Shown: positions 37,373 through 46,416 of the stretch, piece after piece
Layout of the letters: the number at the start of each line of letters is the position of its first letter
How positions within the stretch are numbered: the stretch's first letter is position 1
From: Bacteroidales bacterium
GTDB taxonomy: Bacteria > Bacteroidota > Bacteroidia > Bacteroidales > FEN-979
Direction: 5' to 3'
Assembly (NCBI GenBank): GCA_030681475.1
Contig: JAUXWT010000061.1
Location: forward strand, 6,610-70,609
Length of the DNA: 64,000 bases
Translations under genes and position numbers: made by a program
Notes under the pieces: model-generated
Databases searched by the model: none
What the model saw: only the letters and a program-made list of their open reading frames with translations
What the model was told of the DNA's origin: nothing

Positions 37373-39448
37373 TTATTTTGATTTGGCAGATCCAAGAACA
37401 GATTGATTTGATAATGCCATATCAGTTGCATCTAACAAGGGTTTTATTGAAATTTCACTGCCAACGGCATTTTTCATCCAGAGTTGTGGAATAAGCCGTC
37501 CGGTTGAATAGATCCGCAGGGCTTCATCAGCAAAGTTTTTTCCTTTAAGGAACAGATCAAGTTGGAATTCGATGAGGTGTCCGACCGGATAGTTTGACAA
37601 ATATAAGGGGTTGTCGATCATATGGGAATAGATGGCCAGGATGGGTGAGTCATTTGAGCCAAAAACAGGGGCATAATATTGATTCCAGATATCAATGGCT
37701 GTTTTAACTACGGTCTCTTTCAGTTGTTCCTTGGTTGCGCCGGGATTTTCATACAACCATTTCCATACCTTCATATCGAGTAATGAAACACCCATGATTT
37801 CGTAACTTCCCCAGAAATTATCAATCGCGGCCATGGCTTCCTTATCCGGATCATTGTCTTTAATGCCAAGCAATTCAAGGTCGTATTTCTGGAAAGTAAA
37901 CGCAAATGCCTCTGTAAATGCTGTATTGGGCACGCCCTGCATCATATAGTTGTCTACCATGTATAGGGAAATTGTTTGTTCCACATTGTGGCCAAGCTCA
38001 TGAATGGCAATATTGTAACCCTTATAGTCCATGCCATCCTTGCCGATTCTGGTACGCAGGTGCGCCTTATCACCTTTCATAGCAGCGCCCCAGGCATGCC
38101 CGCTGCCTCGTGCCGGATCAACAGTAATATGTGATGCGATCTCTTTTGCCATATCGGGTTTGAAACCCATTTTAATCAGCATTCCGGGGATATCGGCCTC
38201 GAAAGCCTTGGTATCCGGATACTTTGCACGGGTTGTCTTATCAAGCAGTTCCATGTTCATGTTGCTTCGTGGTTTGAAACCATCATACCAGATATCGAAG
38301 GGTTGGAGCGGACGGCCAAGCCGTTTGCTGATCAGGTCGCCAACCTGTTTGACCTGTGGAGAAGAACAAAAATCGGTGAACAGCTTCTCAACCTGTTCCT
38401 GGGGAATCTCCATGCCTCCGTCAAAAGCCCGTTCAATATAGGTGGGATACATCGGTGTGTAAGGGTCCATCAATTTCATGTTATTGAACAGGTTAAGCAG
38501 GTTCGCATATCTTGTATCCGGTTCAGGAGGATTGGCAACCTCTTTCCCTTCTTTATATAGTTTATTGGAAACAGGGTTCCATTGAAATGAAGGATTGTTG
38601 ATCACGCTGTCGGGAATCTCTTGTTTGATGATCCGGAGCATGACCTGATAGATCATCTGTTGTTTCAACAATCCTTCGTCACCTTTATTGTAATTGGCCT
38701 TTAGTTCGTCCCGGAGATTCCAGTGGGATAAGAGCTTCATCTCTTTGTCAAAATGGGTCTTCCCCTCGTCGTCGAGCAGATTCCCTACATATATGTTATA
38801 ACCCGAAATGTAGTTATCAGCCGCTGTGAGCGCTTCGGCGATCTTAACATTTACTTCTGCCGGCACACGCGCCGTGAACAGATCACCCATACGTGCATGC
38901 GCCCATTCAGAGCGGCTCCATTCTGGCCCGAGTTCCTCCTTCTCCTTCAGGGAGTAATTGGGGAAATTGAGCACGGTAATAAATGCAAGTTTATTGTTGA
39001 AAAAATCATCATTGAAATGGGCTCCCGGTTCATAGGCTCCAAAAATCTCATCGATGTCGAGCATCTCCCCAAGGTCTAAATGCATCCCGCGTTTCAGGTC
39101 CAGGCTGATCATGTTGAACCGGCCAAACAGCGCCTCCCAGTTGGCAGAAAACCTGTTGAACAAAATTTCCCGCTGAACTGGGTCGCCAGCATAATACTTA
39201 AGGCAGAAGGCTTCGAATGCTATTTCGTCACCGTCCTGTGATGTCCACAGCGAAGCACACTGATTTACCCCTTTTTCAATGCGGGTCTTGTTTACTTCGC
39301 CAAATTGTTTCGTCAGCTTGTTCATCACAGAATCTATAACCGGTTGTTTGATAAAGGAGACCAATGATTTTTCTTTGCGCTGATCAACCGGTCTGCATTG
39401 CCCGAAAAGCAGCGCAACGGGAAGTAAAATTAGCAGAATGTTTTTCAT
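37373..39448 (-). CDS. Putative lipoprotein zinc metallopeptidase (gluzincin-like)
   Basis: MKNILL...FGQC lipoprotein-like N-terminus; HELGH plus downstream FTEAFA; GSGHAWG. Start placed at 39448. Confidence 0.65.
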   Translation of the reverse strand: MKNILLILLPVALLFGQCRPVDQRKEKSLVSFIKQPVIDSVMNKLTKQFGEVNKTRIEKGVNQCASLWTSQDGDEIAFEAFCLKYYAGDPVQREILFNRFSANWEALFGRFNMISLDLKRGMHLDLGEMLDIDEIFGAYEPGAHFNDDFFNNKLAFITVLNFPNYSLKEKEELGPEWSRSEWAHARMGDLFTARVPAEVNVKIAEALTAADNYISGYNIYVGNLLDDEGKTHFDKEMKLLSHWNLRDELKANYNKGDEGLLKQQMIYQVMLRIIKQEIPDSVINNPSFQWNPVSNKLYKEGKEVANPPEPDTRYANLLNLFNNMKLMDPYTPMYPTYIERAFDGGMEIPQEQVEKLFTDFCSSPQVKQVGDLISKRLGRPLQPFDIWYDGFKPRSNMNMELLDKTTRAKYPDTKAFEADIPGMLIKMGFKPDMAKEIASHITVDPARGSGHAWGAAMKGDKAHLRTRIGKDGMDYKGYNIAIHELGHNVEQTISLYMVDNYMMQGVPNTAFTEAFAFTFQKYDLELLGIKDNDPDKEAMAAIDNFWGSYEIMGVSLLDMKVWKWLYENPGATKEQLKETVVKTAIDIWNQYYAPVFGSNDSPILAIYSHMIDNPLYLSNYPVGHLIEFQLDLFLKGKNFADEALRIYSTGRLIPQLWMKNAVGSEISIKPLLDATDMALSNQSVLGSAKSK

Positions 39449-39494
39449 GGAACAGTGATTTGGGATATTCAGGCAAAGGTAAAAAAAAACAATA

Positions 39495-39526
39495 AGCGAA
39501 ACAGCGAAATGGCGAAATAGCGAAAT
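39495..39526 (+). repeat. 8-bp tandem repeat (RGCGAAAT)x4
   Basis: agcgaaac agcgaaat ggcgaaat agcgaaat. Confidence 0.88.
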
Positions 39527-39587
39527 CATGACCGCAAATATTTCTATTTTTGTAAAAAAAACGAAATCCGAAAAGCATAACAATTTT

Positions 39588-39625
39588 TTTCACCATTTCG
39601 CCATTTCGCCATTTCACTATTTCCT
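39588..39625 (+). repeat. 8-bp tandem repeat (ATTTCRCY)x4-5 abutting the ftcD ATG
   Basis: tttcacc atttcgcc atttcgcc atttcact atttcct ATG. Confidence 0.88.
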
Positions 39626-41311
39626 ATGAAACAACTCATCGAATGTGTTCCCAACTTTTCTGAAGGTCGCGACATGAGCGTGATCAAGATCATTACAGAT
39701 GAAATTGAAAAAGTGGAGGGGGTCAGGCTCCTCGATGTTGACCCGGGCGCGGCCACGAACCGCACGGTCGTCACATTGGTGGGCACACCCGATGCTGTGA
39801 TTGAAGCAGCATTCAAAGCAATTAAAAAAGCATCTGAAGTGATCGACATGAGCAAACATCATGGTGAACATCCCCGTTTCGGCGCCACTGATGTTTGCCC
39901 GTTGGTTCCGATCTCAAATATTACGATGGAGGAGACAGCCAGGTTTGCGCATAAACTTGCGGAAAGGGTTGGGAAAGAGCTTGAAATTCCTGTCTATTGT
40001 TATGAAAATGCCGCACTTTTATCTGAACGGCGAAACCTGGCGAACTGCCGCTCGGGAGAATACGAGGGATTGCCCAAAAAGCTGGAAGATCCGCACTGGA
40101 AACCCGATTTCGGACCTGCAACCTTCAACCCGCGCGCAGGCGCCATCGCCATTGGCGCCCGCGATTTTTTGGTAGCTTACAACATCAATTTAAATACCAC
40201 CTCCACCCGTCGCGCCAACGCGGTTGCCTTTGATATTCGCGAAAAGGGGAGGCCGGTGCGCGAAGGCAACCCGATCACCGGGAAAATTAAAAAGGATGAG
40301 CAGGGCAATGAAGTTTGGACTCCCGGCGCCCTCAAAGCATGCAAGGCAATCGGTTGGTTTATCGAAGAATATGGCATTGCACAGGTTTCGATTAACCTGA
40401 CCAATATCAGCATTACGTCTGTTCATGAGGCTTTTGAAGTATCATGTCAGAAAGCACAGGAACGGGGTATGCGGGTGACTGGTTCAGAACTTGTCGGTCT
40501 TATCCCTAAAAAAGCCATGATCGACGCCGGTAAGTATTTTTTATGCAAGCAACAGCGCTCGGTGGGGGTATCGGAAGATGAGATCATTAAAATTGCGGTC
40601 AAGTCTCTCGGACTGGATGACCTGAAACCTTTTAACCCCCGAGAGAAGATCATTGAGTATTTACTGGAGGACCCTGCAGATAAAAAGCTTGTCGGCATGA
40701 CCACTGAAGGCTTCGCCAACGAAACTGCCTCTGAATCACCGGCCCCCGGCGGCGGATCAGTTTCGGCCTACATCGCAGCCCTTGGTGTTTCCCTGGGAAC
40801 CATGGTCGCCAACCTCTCCGCGCATAAGGCCGGATGGGATGACCGGTGGGAAGAATTCTCTGATTGGGCCGAAAAAGGGCAGAAACTTAAAGAGGAATTG
40901 TTATTCCTGGTAGATGAGGATACCAGGGCATTCAATAGGATTATGGAAGCTTTCGGTTTGCCAAAAGGAAACGACCAGGAGAAAATGTTGCGCACCAATG
41001 CAATCCAGGAAGCTACCAGATATGCCATCGAAGTGCCTTTCCGTACCATGCAAAAAGCCTGTGAATCGTTTGAGATTATCCGGGCTATGGTTGAAACCGG
41101 AAACCCCAATTCAGTGACCGATGCGGGAGTTGGAGCGCTTTGTGTGCGTTCAGCAATAATAGGGGCTTATCTGAATGTTAAGGTGAATGGTGCGGGCTTT
41201 CATGATAAAACCTTCTTGGAAGGTATCATGACCCATGCTGACCAACTCCTGGCAAAGGCAAAGATCGCCGAAGAGGAGATTTTGGCGGCAGTCAATGAGA
41301 AAATCACCTAA
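39626..41311 (+). CDS. ftcD: Bifunctional glutamate formimidoyltransferase / formiminotetrahydrofolate cyclodeaminase
   Basis: ECVPNFSEGR, HHGEHPRFGATDVCP, SPAPGGGSVSA, GNPNSVTDAGVG. Confidence 0.93.
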   Translation: MKQLIECVPNFSEGRDMSVIKIITDEIEKVEGVRLLDVDPGAATNRTVVTLVGTPDAVIEAAFKAIKKASEVIDMSKHHGEHPRFGATDVCPLVPISNITMEETARFAHKLAERVGKELEIPVYCYENAALLSERRNLANCRSGEYEGLPKKLEDPHWKPDFGPATFNPRAGAIAIGARDFLVAYNINLNTTSTRRANAVAFDIREKGRPVREGNPITGKIKKDEQGNEVWTPGALKACKAIGWFIEEYGIAQVSINLTNISITSVHEAFEVSCQKAQERGMRVTGSELVGLIPKKAMIDAGKYFLCKQQRSVGVSEDEIIKIAVKSLGLDDLKPFNPREKIIEYLLEDPADKKLVGMTTEGFANETASESPAPGGGSVSAYIAALGVSLGTMVANLSAHKAGWDDRWEEFSDWAEKGQKLKEELLFLVDEDTRAFNRIMEAFGLPKGNDQEKMLRTNAIQEATRYAIEVPFRTMQKACESFEIIRAMVETGNPNSVTDAGVGALCVRSAIIGAYLNVKVNGAGFHDKTFLEGIMTHADQLLAKAKIAEEEILAAVNEKIT

Positions 41312-41559
41312 TTATGTATCATGTTAAGTTTTTAACATGGTTGAAATCCAAATATTTATAATTTTTTTAAAAAAAAAGTGTAAAAATATTTGCTTTTTTG
41401 AATAAATGGTTATAATATTGTTAATTATTTCCGATAATTACCGATTTAACAATGAACATAATAGACGATCAGTTTATTTTTAGTCTATTAAAAAATTAAC
41501 CAATTTTAAATACATTAATCAGAAATTAAATTTAAATCCACCACTAAAACATCATTATT

Positions 41560-42462
41560 ATGAGAAAACTATTTACATTAATTTTAAGTTTAACCGTCGT
41601 TTTTGCTTTCTCGCAGCAACGGATGGAAAACAACAAACCTTTTCCTGCCCAGGTTAACAAGGCGACAATAACCGTTACCGGACTTGGTGAACCAGGAATT
41701 GATCCCAATGCCCTCGTTGCATCGCTGGTCGGCCCCGGTATCACATTCAGCAATGTGACCTTTACCGGTGTTCAGGGTGGCACGGGCACTGCTTCAGCCG
41801 GTGGCTTCACTGGCGGTATGGCAATTTTTGGTATTGATCAGGGTGTCGTTCTAAGTTCCGGGCGTGCTGTCAATTCTCTTGGCCCAAACAATAGTGGAGG
41901 TACCGGTACGAGCAATGGACTGCCTGGCGATCCGGACCTGGAGGCTGTTTTTGGGTGCTGCACCTATGATGCATGCGTGCTGGAATTCGATTTTATCCCT
42001 ACAGCAAGCACAATGTATGTACAGTATGTTCTTGCTTCAGAAGAGTATAATGAATACATCAATTATGCTGATTGCTTCGCGTTTTTTCTTGATGGACAGA
42101 ATATTGCGCTGATCCCCGGAAGTGGCCCGCCCCCTATTCCGGTTTCTGTTGGTACAATAAACCTGGGTTCTTATCCAGCTTTATATGTGAACAATAGTCC
42201 TGGTCCTTATGATATCGAAGCCGACGGTTTTACCAAGGTACTCACGGCAACCGGAACTGTTGTTCCGGGCCAAACCCACCACATTAAGCTGGCTCTTGCT
42301 GATAAAGGTGACGGGGTTTATGATACCTGGGTTTTTCTCAAAGGAGCCAGTTTTTCCGTTGTCAACCCCGATATTCCTACTCTTTCACAATGGGGTCTGA
42401 TCATTCTTGGTTGTGTACTCCTCGGATTTGGTACCTTCTATATCCTGAGAATGAGGGGATAA
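41560..42462 (+). CDS. Choice-of-anchor-L-like domain protein with IPTL-CTERM sorting signal
   Basis: Signal peptide; GVVLSSG, DACVLEFDF, ASEEY, NIALIPG, HIKLALAD..DGVYDTWVFL; C-terminus IPTLSQWG + TM + RMRG. Confidence 0.85.
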   Translation: MRKLFTLILSLTVVFAFSQQRMENNKPFPAQVNKATITVTGLGEPGIDPNALVASLVGPGITFSNVTFTGVQGGTGTASAGGFTGGMAIFGIDQGVVLSSGRAVNSLGPNNSGGTGTSNGLPGDPDLEAVFGCCTYDACVLEFDFIPTASTMYVQYVLASEEYNEYINYADCFAFFLDGQNIALIPGSGPPPIPVSVGTINLGSYPALYVNNSPGPYDIEADGFTKVLTATGTVVPGQTHHIKLALADKGDGVYDTWVFLKGASFSVVNPDIPTLSQWGLIILGCVLLGFGTFYILRMRG

Positions 42463-42483
42463 TAAAAGTTTTTCTTTAATTAT

Positions 42484-42526
42484 AAAAATCCTTTGTGGTT
42501 ATTAGCCACAAAGGATTTTTTTTTTT
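42484..42526 (+). terminator. Intrinsic terminator
   Basis: AAAAATCCTTTGTGG/CCACAAAGGATTTTT stem followed by a long T run. Confidence 0.85.
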
Positions 42527-42646
42527 GCAGGCTGCGTTAGCCTGGGGGTTGGGGTTGATTCATGCATCCGGGCTTTAGCCCAAAATCTTGCTTAAGGAGC
42601 ATTACTGATTTTCTTTGTTCAATGAATGATTTATGAATTCTTCAAC

Positions 42647-42702
42647 ACACAGTGAACAGTGAAAAGCGTTGAGTGAATAATTAAAAACGAAAAGTGAAAA
42701 GT
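42647..42702 (+). repeat. Degenerate 7-bp repeats (GAAMAGT-like)
   Basis: cacacagt gaacagt gaaaagc ... gaaaagt gaaaagt. Confidence 0.5.
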
Positions 42703-42723
42703 ATGGAGTTCTATGCCTATTCC

Positions 42724-43323
42724 TTACTTGCCTTTTGTTTGAGGCTTGAAGTCATCCAACCTGAAGGTGACAAACAACCAGATGGCTACTACGAAATAGA
42801 GCACTGAACTGGATGTAACGGAGATGAATCTATTGGCAAAGGTGAGGAGCGTTTTCCGGGTTCCTGTGAAGTTTGTAAGTTCGAGCCAGGGTGTCTCTTC
42901 ACTGAGCGACAATAATGCGATCCACTGCTTAAAGAGGATCAGGCACATGACCAGGATCAGTCCGACAGGCAGGGCGATTAGTTTTCGTTTCCACGGTACA
43001 GGTGAGGCAATTACGAGCGAAATCAATAAAACTGTCGGGATATATCCCAGGTACCGGGTATTGATATCCACGTAGGCAGTTTTGGATGTTCCGTCGGGCC
43101 GCACCTGGTTGTAATTACCAAGATTGATATGTGTGGTAACCGGAGCCTTCCACTCTCTGAACTTCACAAAACCTGTCTCCCTGAAGTTGCTGAAAAAAAA
43201 CCCGGCGATTTTCCTGTAGAAGGTACCGTATGTTTCATCATAAATGGTAAGGGGAGCCGAGAGCAACCCGTAAATCACAAGAGCTTTGATCAGGAACAAT
43301 ATGAGGGTTTTACTTCGCAACAT
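42724..43323 (-). CDS. Exosortase-associated membrane protein (exosortase-like topology, no evident catalytic Cys)
   Basis: Probable start MLRSK at 43323, overlapping the exosortase stop by 14 bp; multi-TM; ASPVPWKRKL parallels TFPARWNYKL of the exosortase. Confidence 0.65.
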   Translation of the reverse strand: MLRSKTLILFLIKALVIYGLLSAPLTIYDETYGTFYRKIAGFFFSNFRETGFVKFREWKAPVTTHINLGNYNQVRPDGTSKTAYVDINTRYLGYIPTVLLISLVIASPVPWKRKLIALPVGLILVMCLILFKQWIALLSLSEETPWLELTNFTGTRKTLLTFANRFISVTSSSVLYFVVAIWLFVTFRLDDFKPQTKGK

Positions 43324-43897
43324 CAGTAACCCCCTTTCTTGTCCATCTGATCCAGAAAATAAATAATCCGATGGCAAAGATGATGAACAGCACCTGCCAG
43401 ACCTCAACATGCATAATCTCAAACGCCTTTGGAAAATATATTCCGGTGAGGAAAAGCGAAACAACCCTCAGGATATTCAGGCTGAACAGCAGGGCGATAC
43501 CTGAGAAAAAACCGATCAGCTTGTAATTCCACCGGGCGGGAAATGTAAGGAGGGCGGAGGCAAACAGCGCCATGGCTTCCATCGCATCGCAACCACGGGC
43601 AATATTCACGGAAAATCGGGCTGAAGATATGGTCCCATTAACTGTTGTAGTTCCCATGCCGAAAATGTTCAGGATAAAATTGGATAATCCGGCATTTACC
43701 TGAACAACCTTGGGTTGAACAATATTTTGACTGTAATCTGAAAGCCAGTAAACATAAAACAGGATCATAAGAACCGCGAATCCAAGCACAAATATGAGCA
43801 CTGGTAATTTCTGGCGCCAGTTGGAACGAATTCCTGCGAAAGGTGAGGGACGGGGCTCCTTTTTCTTCAACCCTTTTTTCTTTAATGGTTTGCCCAT
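43310..43897 (-). CDS. Exosortase/archaeosortase-family transpeptidase (exosortase H-like)
   Basis: Cys-Arg-His triad in IARGCDAME, NILRVVSL and IMHVEVWQ; next to an IPTL-CTERM gene. Start placed at MGKPL (43897). Confidence 0.85.
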   Translation of the reverse strand: MGKPLKKKGLKKKEPRPSPFAGIRSNWRQKLPVLIFVLGFAVLMILFYVYWLSDYSQNIVQPKVVQVNAGLSNFILNIFGMGTTTVNGTISSARFSVNIARGCDAMEAMALFASALLTFPARWNYKLIGFFSGIALLFSLNILRVVSLFLTGIYFPKAFEIMHVEVWQVLFIIFAIGLFIFWIRWTRKGVTDVAK

Positions 43898-44052
43898 ATA
43901 AATTATTTTCTGTGATATTATTGATCTGCAACATAGGTTTATGTATATTAGAAGCATAAACCTTTTTTTGCAAATTTACCAAAGATTTGATAATAACCTA
44001 ATGGTTGAATGGAGGTCAGGAAAAAGGAATTGAATACGGTCTCGCTTATGGA

Positions 44053-44352
44053 TTATTTTTTTAGCGGACCCTGGCAGCAGTCAAGAGAACAGGACTCCCG
44101 TCTGAGAAACTTTCCCTCCTTGTCGAAGAATAGTTTTTCGTGTGTTTTATCTTTGTTGACACACACATCATAGGTGATAACCCCTTTGGCGTCAACCTTG
44201 AAAACCTTATCAATGGAATATCCCATGAAATTCTTCGCAATATATTCCGTGATGGGTTTCTGGAGTTCATCAATTTTTAATTCAGTTTTGGTCTGAGCGA
44301 CCATGATTGTAGTGAAAATTCCGAAAACAAATATCAGGAGCGCTTTTTTCAT
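44053..44352 (-). CDS. Small periplasmic PepSY-like (BLIP-like) protein
   Basis: Signal peptide; ELQKPITEYIAKNF.GYSI...LFFDKEGKFL pattern; downstream of a TCS. Confidence 0.65.
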   Translation of the reverse strand: MKKALLIFVFGIFTTIMVAQTKTELKIDELQKPITEYIAKNFMGYSIDKVFKVDAKGVITYDVCVNKDKTHEKLFFDKEGKFLRRESCSLDCCQGPLKK

Positions 44353-44431
44353 AATTCATCAGGGTACAAAATCAAATAAAATAATGATGCAAATTTGCTG
44401 CATGATTCTGTCGGAATTTTGGAGAGAGGTA

Positions 44432-45697
44432 TTATTTATATGAGATTTTCAAAGTATGAAGGCCCTGGTTGCATATGTAGTCCACCTTCATCAGATAAAG
44501 GTTGGCAATTTTTTGCACGATCGACAGTCCAAGTCCGACAGAATCGGGATTGATCTCTGATTTTCTGAAGCGTTCAAAGAGGATTTGTGGGTCAGTTTTT
44601 AACAATTGGCCTGTGTTTGTAATTGAAAATGAATCAGGTTCTGCATTGATTTCAATGCGGCCCTGGTTGATATTATGCCGGATGGCATTTGACACAAGAT
44701 TGGTAATAAGGATCTCGGCCAAAGTGGGATTCATATTCAATGTAACTTGTTGCCGGTAATTTTTTGAAACAGCAATATGCCGGTGTGTTATCATTTCCTC
44801 AAAGTGTCCGATCGTTTTCTCGATAAGGGTAACAATGTTTACATCTTCCGTATGAATAAACTGGTTGTTTTCAATCTTTGAAATGAGCAGCAATCCCTGG
44901 TTTAGCTTTGACATCCTGGTTGTGGCTTCAAATACAGCGCTGATCAGGTGCATCTGGTTTTCATCGAGGTTCTCTTTCTGGATCAGCAATTCAAGTTTTG
45001 ATTTGATAATTGCCAAAGGTGTTTGGAGTTCGTGAGCGGCATTTTCATTAAATTCTTTCAGGTTCATGTAATCAAGACGTATTTTTTTCGACATCTTTTC
45101 AAGCGCCTGATTTAGCAGATCGAATTCATAAATATCGGTCGAGGTGAGTTCAAGGGGATTCTCCTGATTGATCTCATATTTGTGAAGGTTGTCAAGAATC
45201 CGGTAAAAAGGGATCCAAACCCGGCGAGCAATAAAATAGTTGAAGATGACCAATAGAAGAAGCAGGCCAATGAAGACCAGCGACATTGAAATGACGATTT
45301 CTGCAATCAATTGCTCTGAATCCCGCAAAGGCTTGTAAATGTTGATTGTATAACCTTTTTTTCTGAAGGAAGTGTTTTCGGCGAAGAGATGACGAAAAGA
45401 GGCAAAAGTACCCAGGTCGTGATCGTACATCAACGTATCTTTGATGTAACCGGTCTTGGAATGTGGCGCATTCAGGATGGTGACATCGATCATATGTCCG
45501 AAGATTAACCTGAAATCGGGAACACTGTCGGAAAAGTTGATCGTTTGTTCAATTAACAACTTTTCTTCGATTAAAGTTTCATCAAGCTGCCGTTTAAAGA
45601 TACCATGTAAAATGTTATAAAATATCAAGCCGCTGATGATGAACACCACTACCGAGATGGAGACATATAATCTGGATGTCCGGGTAAGCAGCTTCAT
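44432..45697 (-). CDS. Sensor histidine kinase (HisKA)
   Basis: Two TMs, ENAAHELQTPL, NLVSNAIRH, GLGLSIV. Confidence 0.92.
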   Translation of the reverse strand: MKLLTRTSRLYVSISVVVFIISGLIFYNILHGIFKRQLDETLIEEKLLIEQTINFSDSVPDFRLIFGHMIDVTILNAPHSKTGYIKDTLMYDHDLGTFASFRHLFAENTSFRKKGYTINIYKPLRDSEQLIAEIVISMSLVFIGLLLLLVIFNYFIARRVWIPFYRILDNLHKYEINQENPLELTSTDIYEFDLLNQALEKMSKKIRLDYMNLKEFNENAAHELQTPLAIIKSKLELLIQKENLDENQMHLISAVFEATTRMSKLNQGLLLISKIENNQFIHTEDVNIVTLIEKTIGHFEEMITHRHIAVSKNYRQQVTLNMNPTLAEILITNLVSNAIRHNINQGRIEINAEPDSFSITNTGQLLKTDPQILFERFRKSEINPDSVGLGLSIVQKIANLYLMKVDYICNQGLHTLKISYK

Positions 45698-46371
45698 TGG
45701 CCAGTGAATTTGTATCCCATCCCGTAAATTGTTTTGATATAATCTTCTCCGCCTTTTTCAAGGATCTTTTTCCTAAGATTTTTAATATGGGTATAGATAA
45801 AGTCGAATGAATCGGCCATATCCATATCGTCGCCCCACAAATGTTCTGCAATCGCTTCACGGGTCAGTACACGGTCCTGGTTGGAGAGGAAGAAAACTAA
45901 AAGATCGTACTCTTTTTTTGTGAGCGTAAGGGATTCATCATTAACCATAACTTCCATGTTTTCAGGCAATATCCTAAGCTCGTTGAACACGATCTCATTC
46001 ACGCCTCCGAAACTCCTGCGGCGAATGATAGATTTGATTCGTGCATTGAGTTCAGGTAAATGGAATGGTTTGGTAAGGTAATCATCGGCTCCGATCTCCA
46101 GACCGGTAATTTTATCATCCAAAGAATTTCTGGCAGATATTATCATAATGCCGGTTTCCGATCTGTTCTTTTTCAGTGAACGGATAAGATTCAATCCGCT
46201 ACCGTCAGGCAGGCCGATATCAACAATGATACAATCGTAATGATAGAGGTTTATTTTTTCCAGCGCATATTCGAAGTTGTTTACTACTTCGCACAGGTAA
46301 TTTTCTTTTTGCAGGTATTCCGCCATAGAGTCTGATAACTCTTTTTCGTCTTCGACCAGGAGGATTTTCAT
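45694..46371 (-). CDS. OmpR-family response regulator
   Basis: LLVEDE, VDIGLPDGSG, GADDYLTKPF, TIYGMGYKF; ATGA overlap with the kinase. Confidence 0.93.
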   Translation of the reverse strand: MKILLVEDEKELSDSMAEYLQKENYLCEVVNNFEYALEKINLYHYDCIIVDIGLPDGSGLNLIRSLKKNRSETGIMIISARNSLDDKITGLEIGADDYLTKPFHLPELNARIKSIIRRRSFGGVNEIVFNELRILPENMEVMVNDESLTLTKKEYDLLVFFLSNQDRVLTREAIAEHLWGDDMDMADSFDFIYTHIKNLRKKILEKGGEDYIKTIYGMGYKFTGQ

Positions 46372-46376
46372 ATTTC

Positions 46377-46409
46377 GGGGGACAAGGGGGCAGGTGGACA
46401 GGTGGACAA
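46377..46409 (+). repeat. 8-bp tandem repeat (GGRCARG-like)x4 just before the regulator ATG on the minus strand
   Basis: gggggacaag ggggcagg tggacagg tggacaa. Confidence 0.8.
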
Positions 46410-46416
46410 TGTTTGG

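Noticed and set aside
39384-39871. Short minus-strand ORFs containing MAKWRNGE / MKWRNGEMVK, similar to the DnaE2 insert peptide
   Set aside because: The similarity comes only from translating the same GAAATGGC repeat. They are antisense to ftcD or overlap the intergenic region.
43324-43464. N-terminal extension of the exosortase-associated protein in the ORF track
   Set aside because: It overlaps the exosortase coding sequence and looks non-coding. ATG 43323 gives a typical short overlap.
2715-46409. CRISPR array interpretation of the short repeat tracts
   Set aside because: Units are 7-8 bp and contiguous, with no unique spacers and no cas genes.
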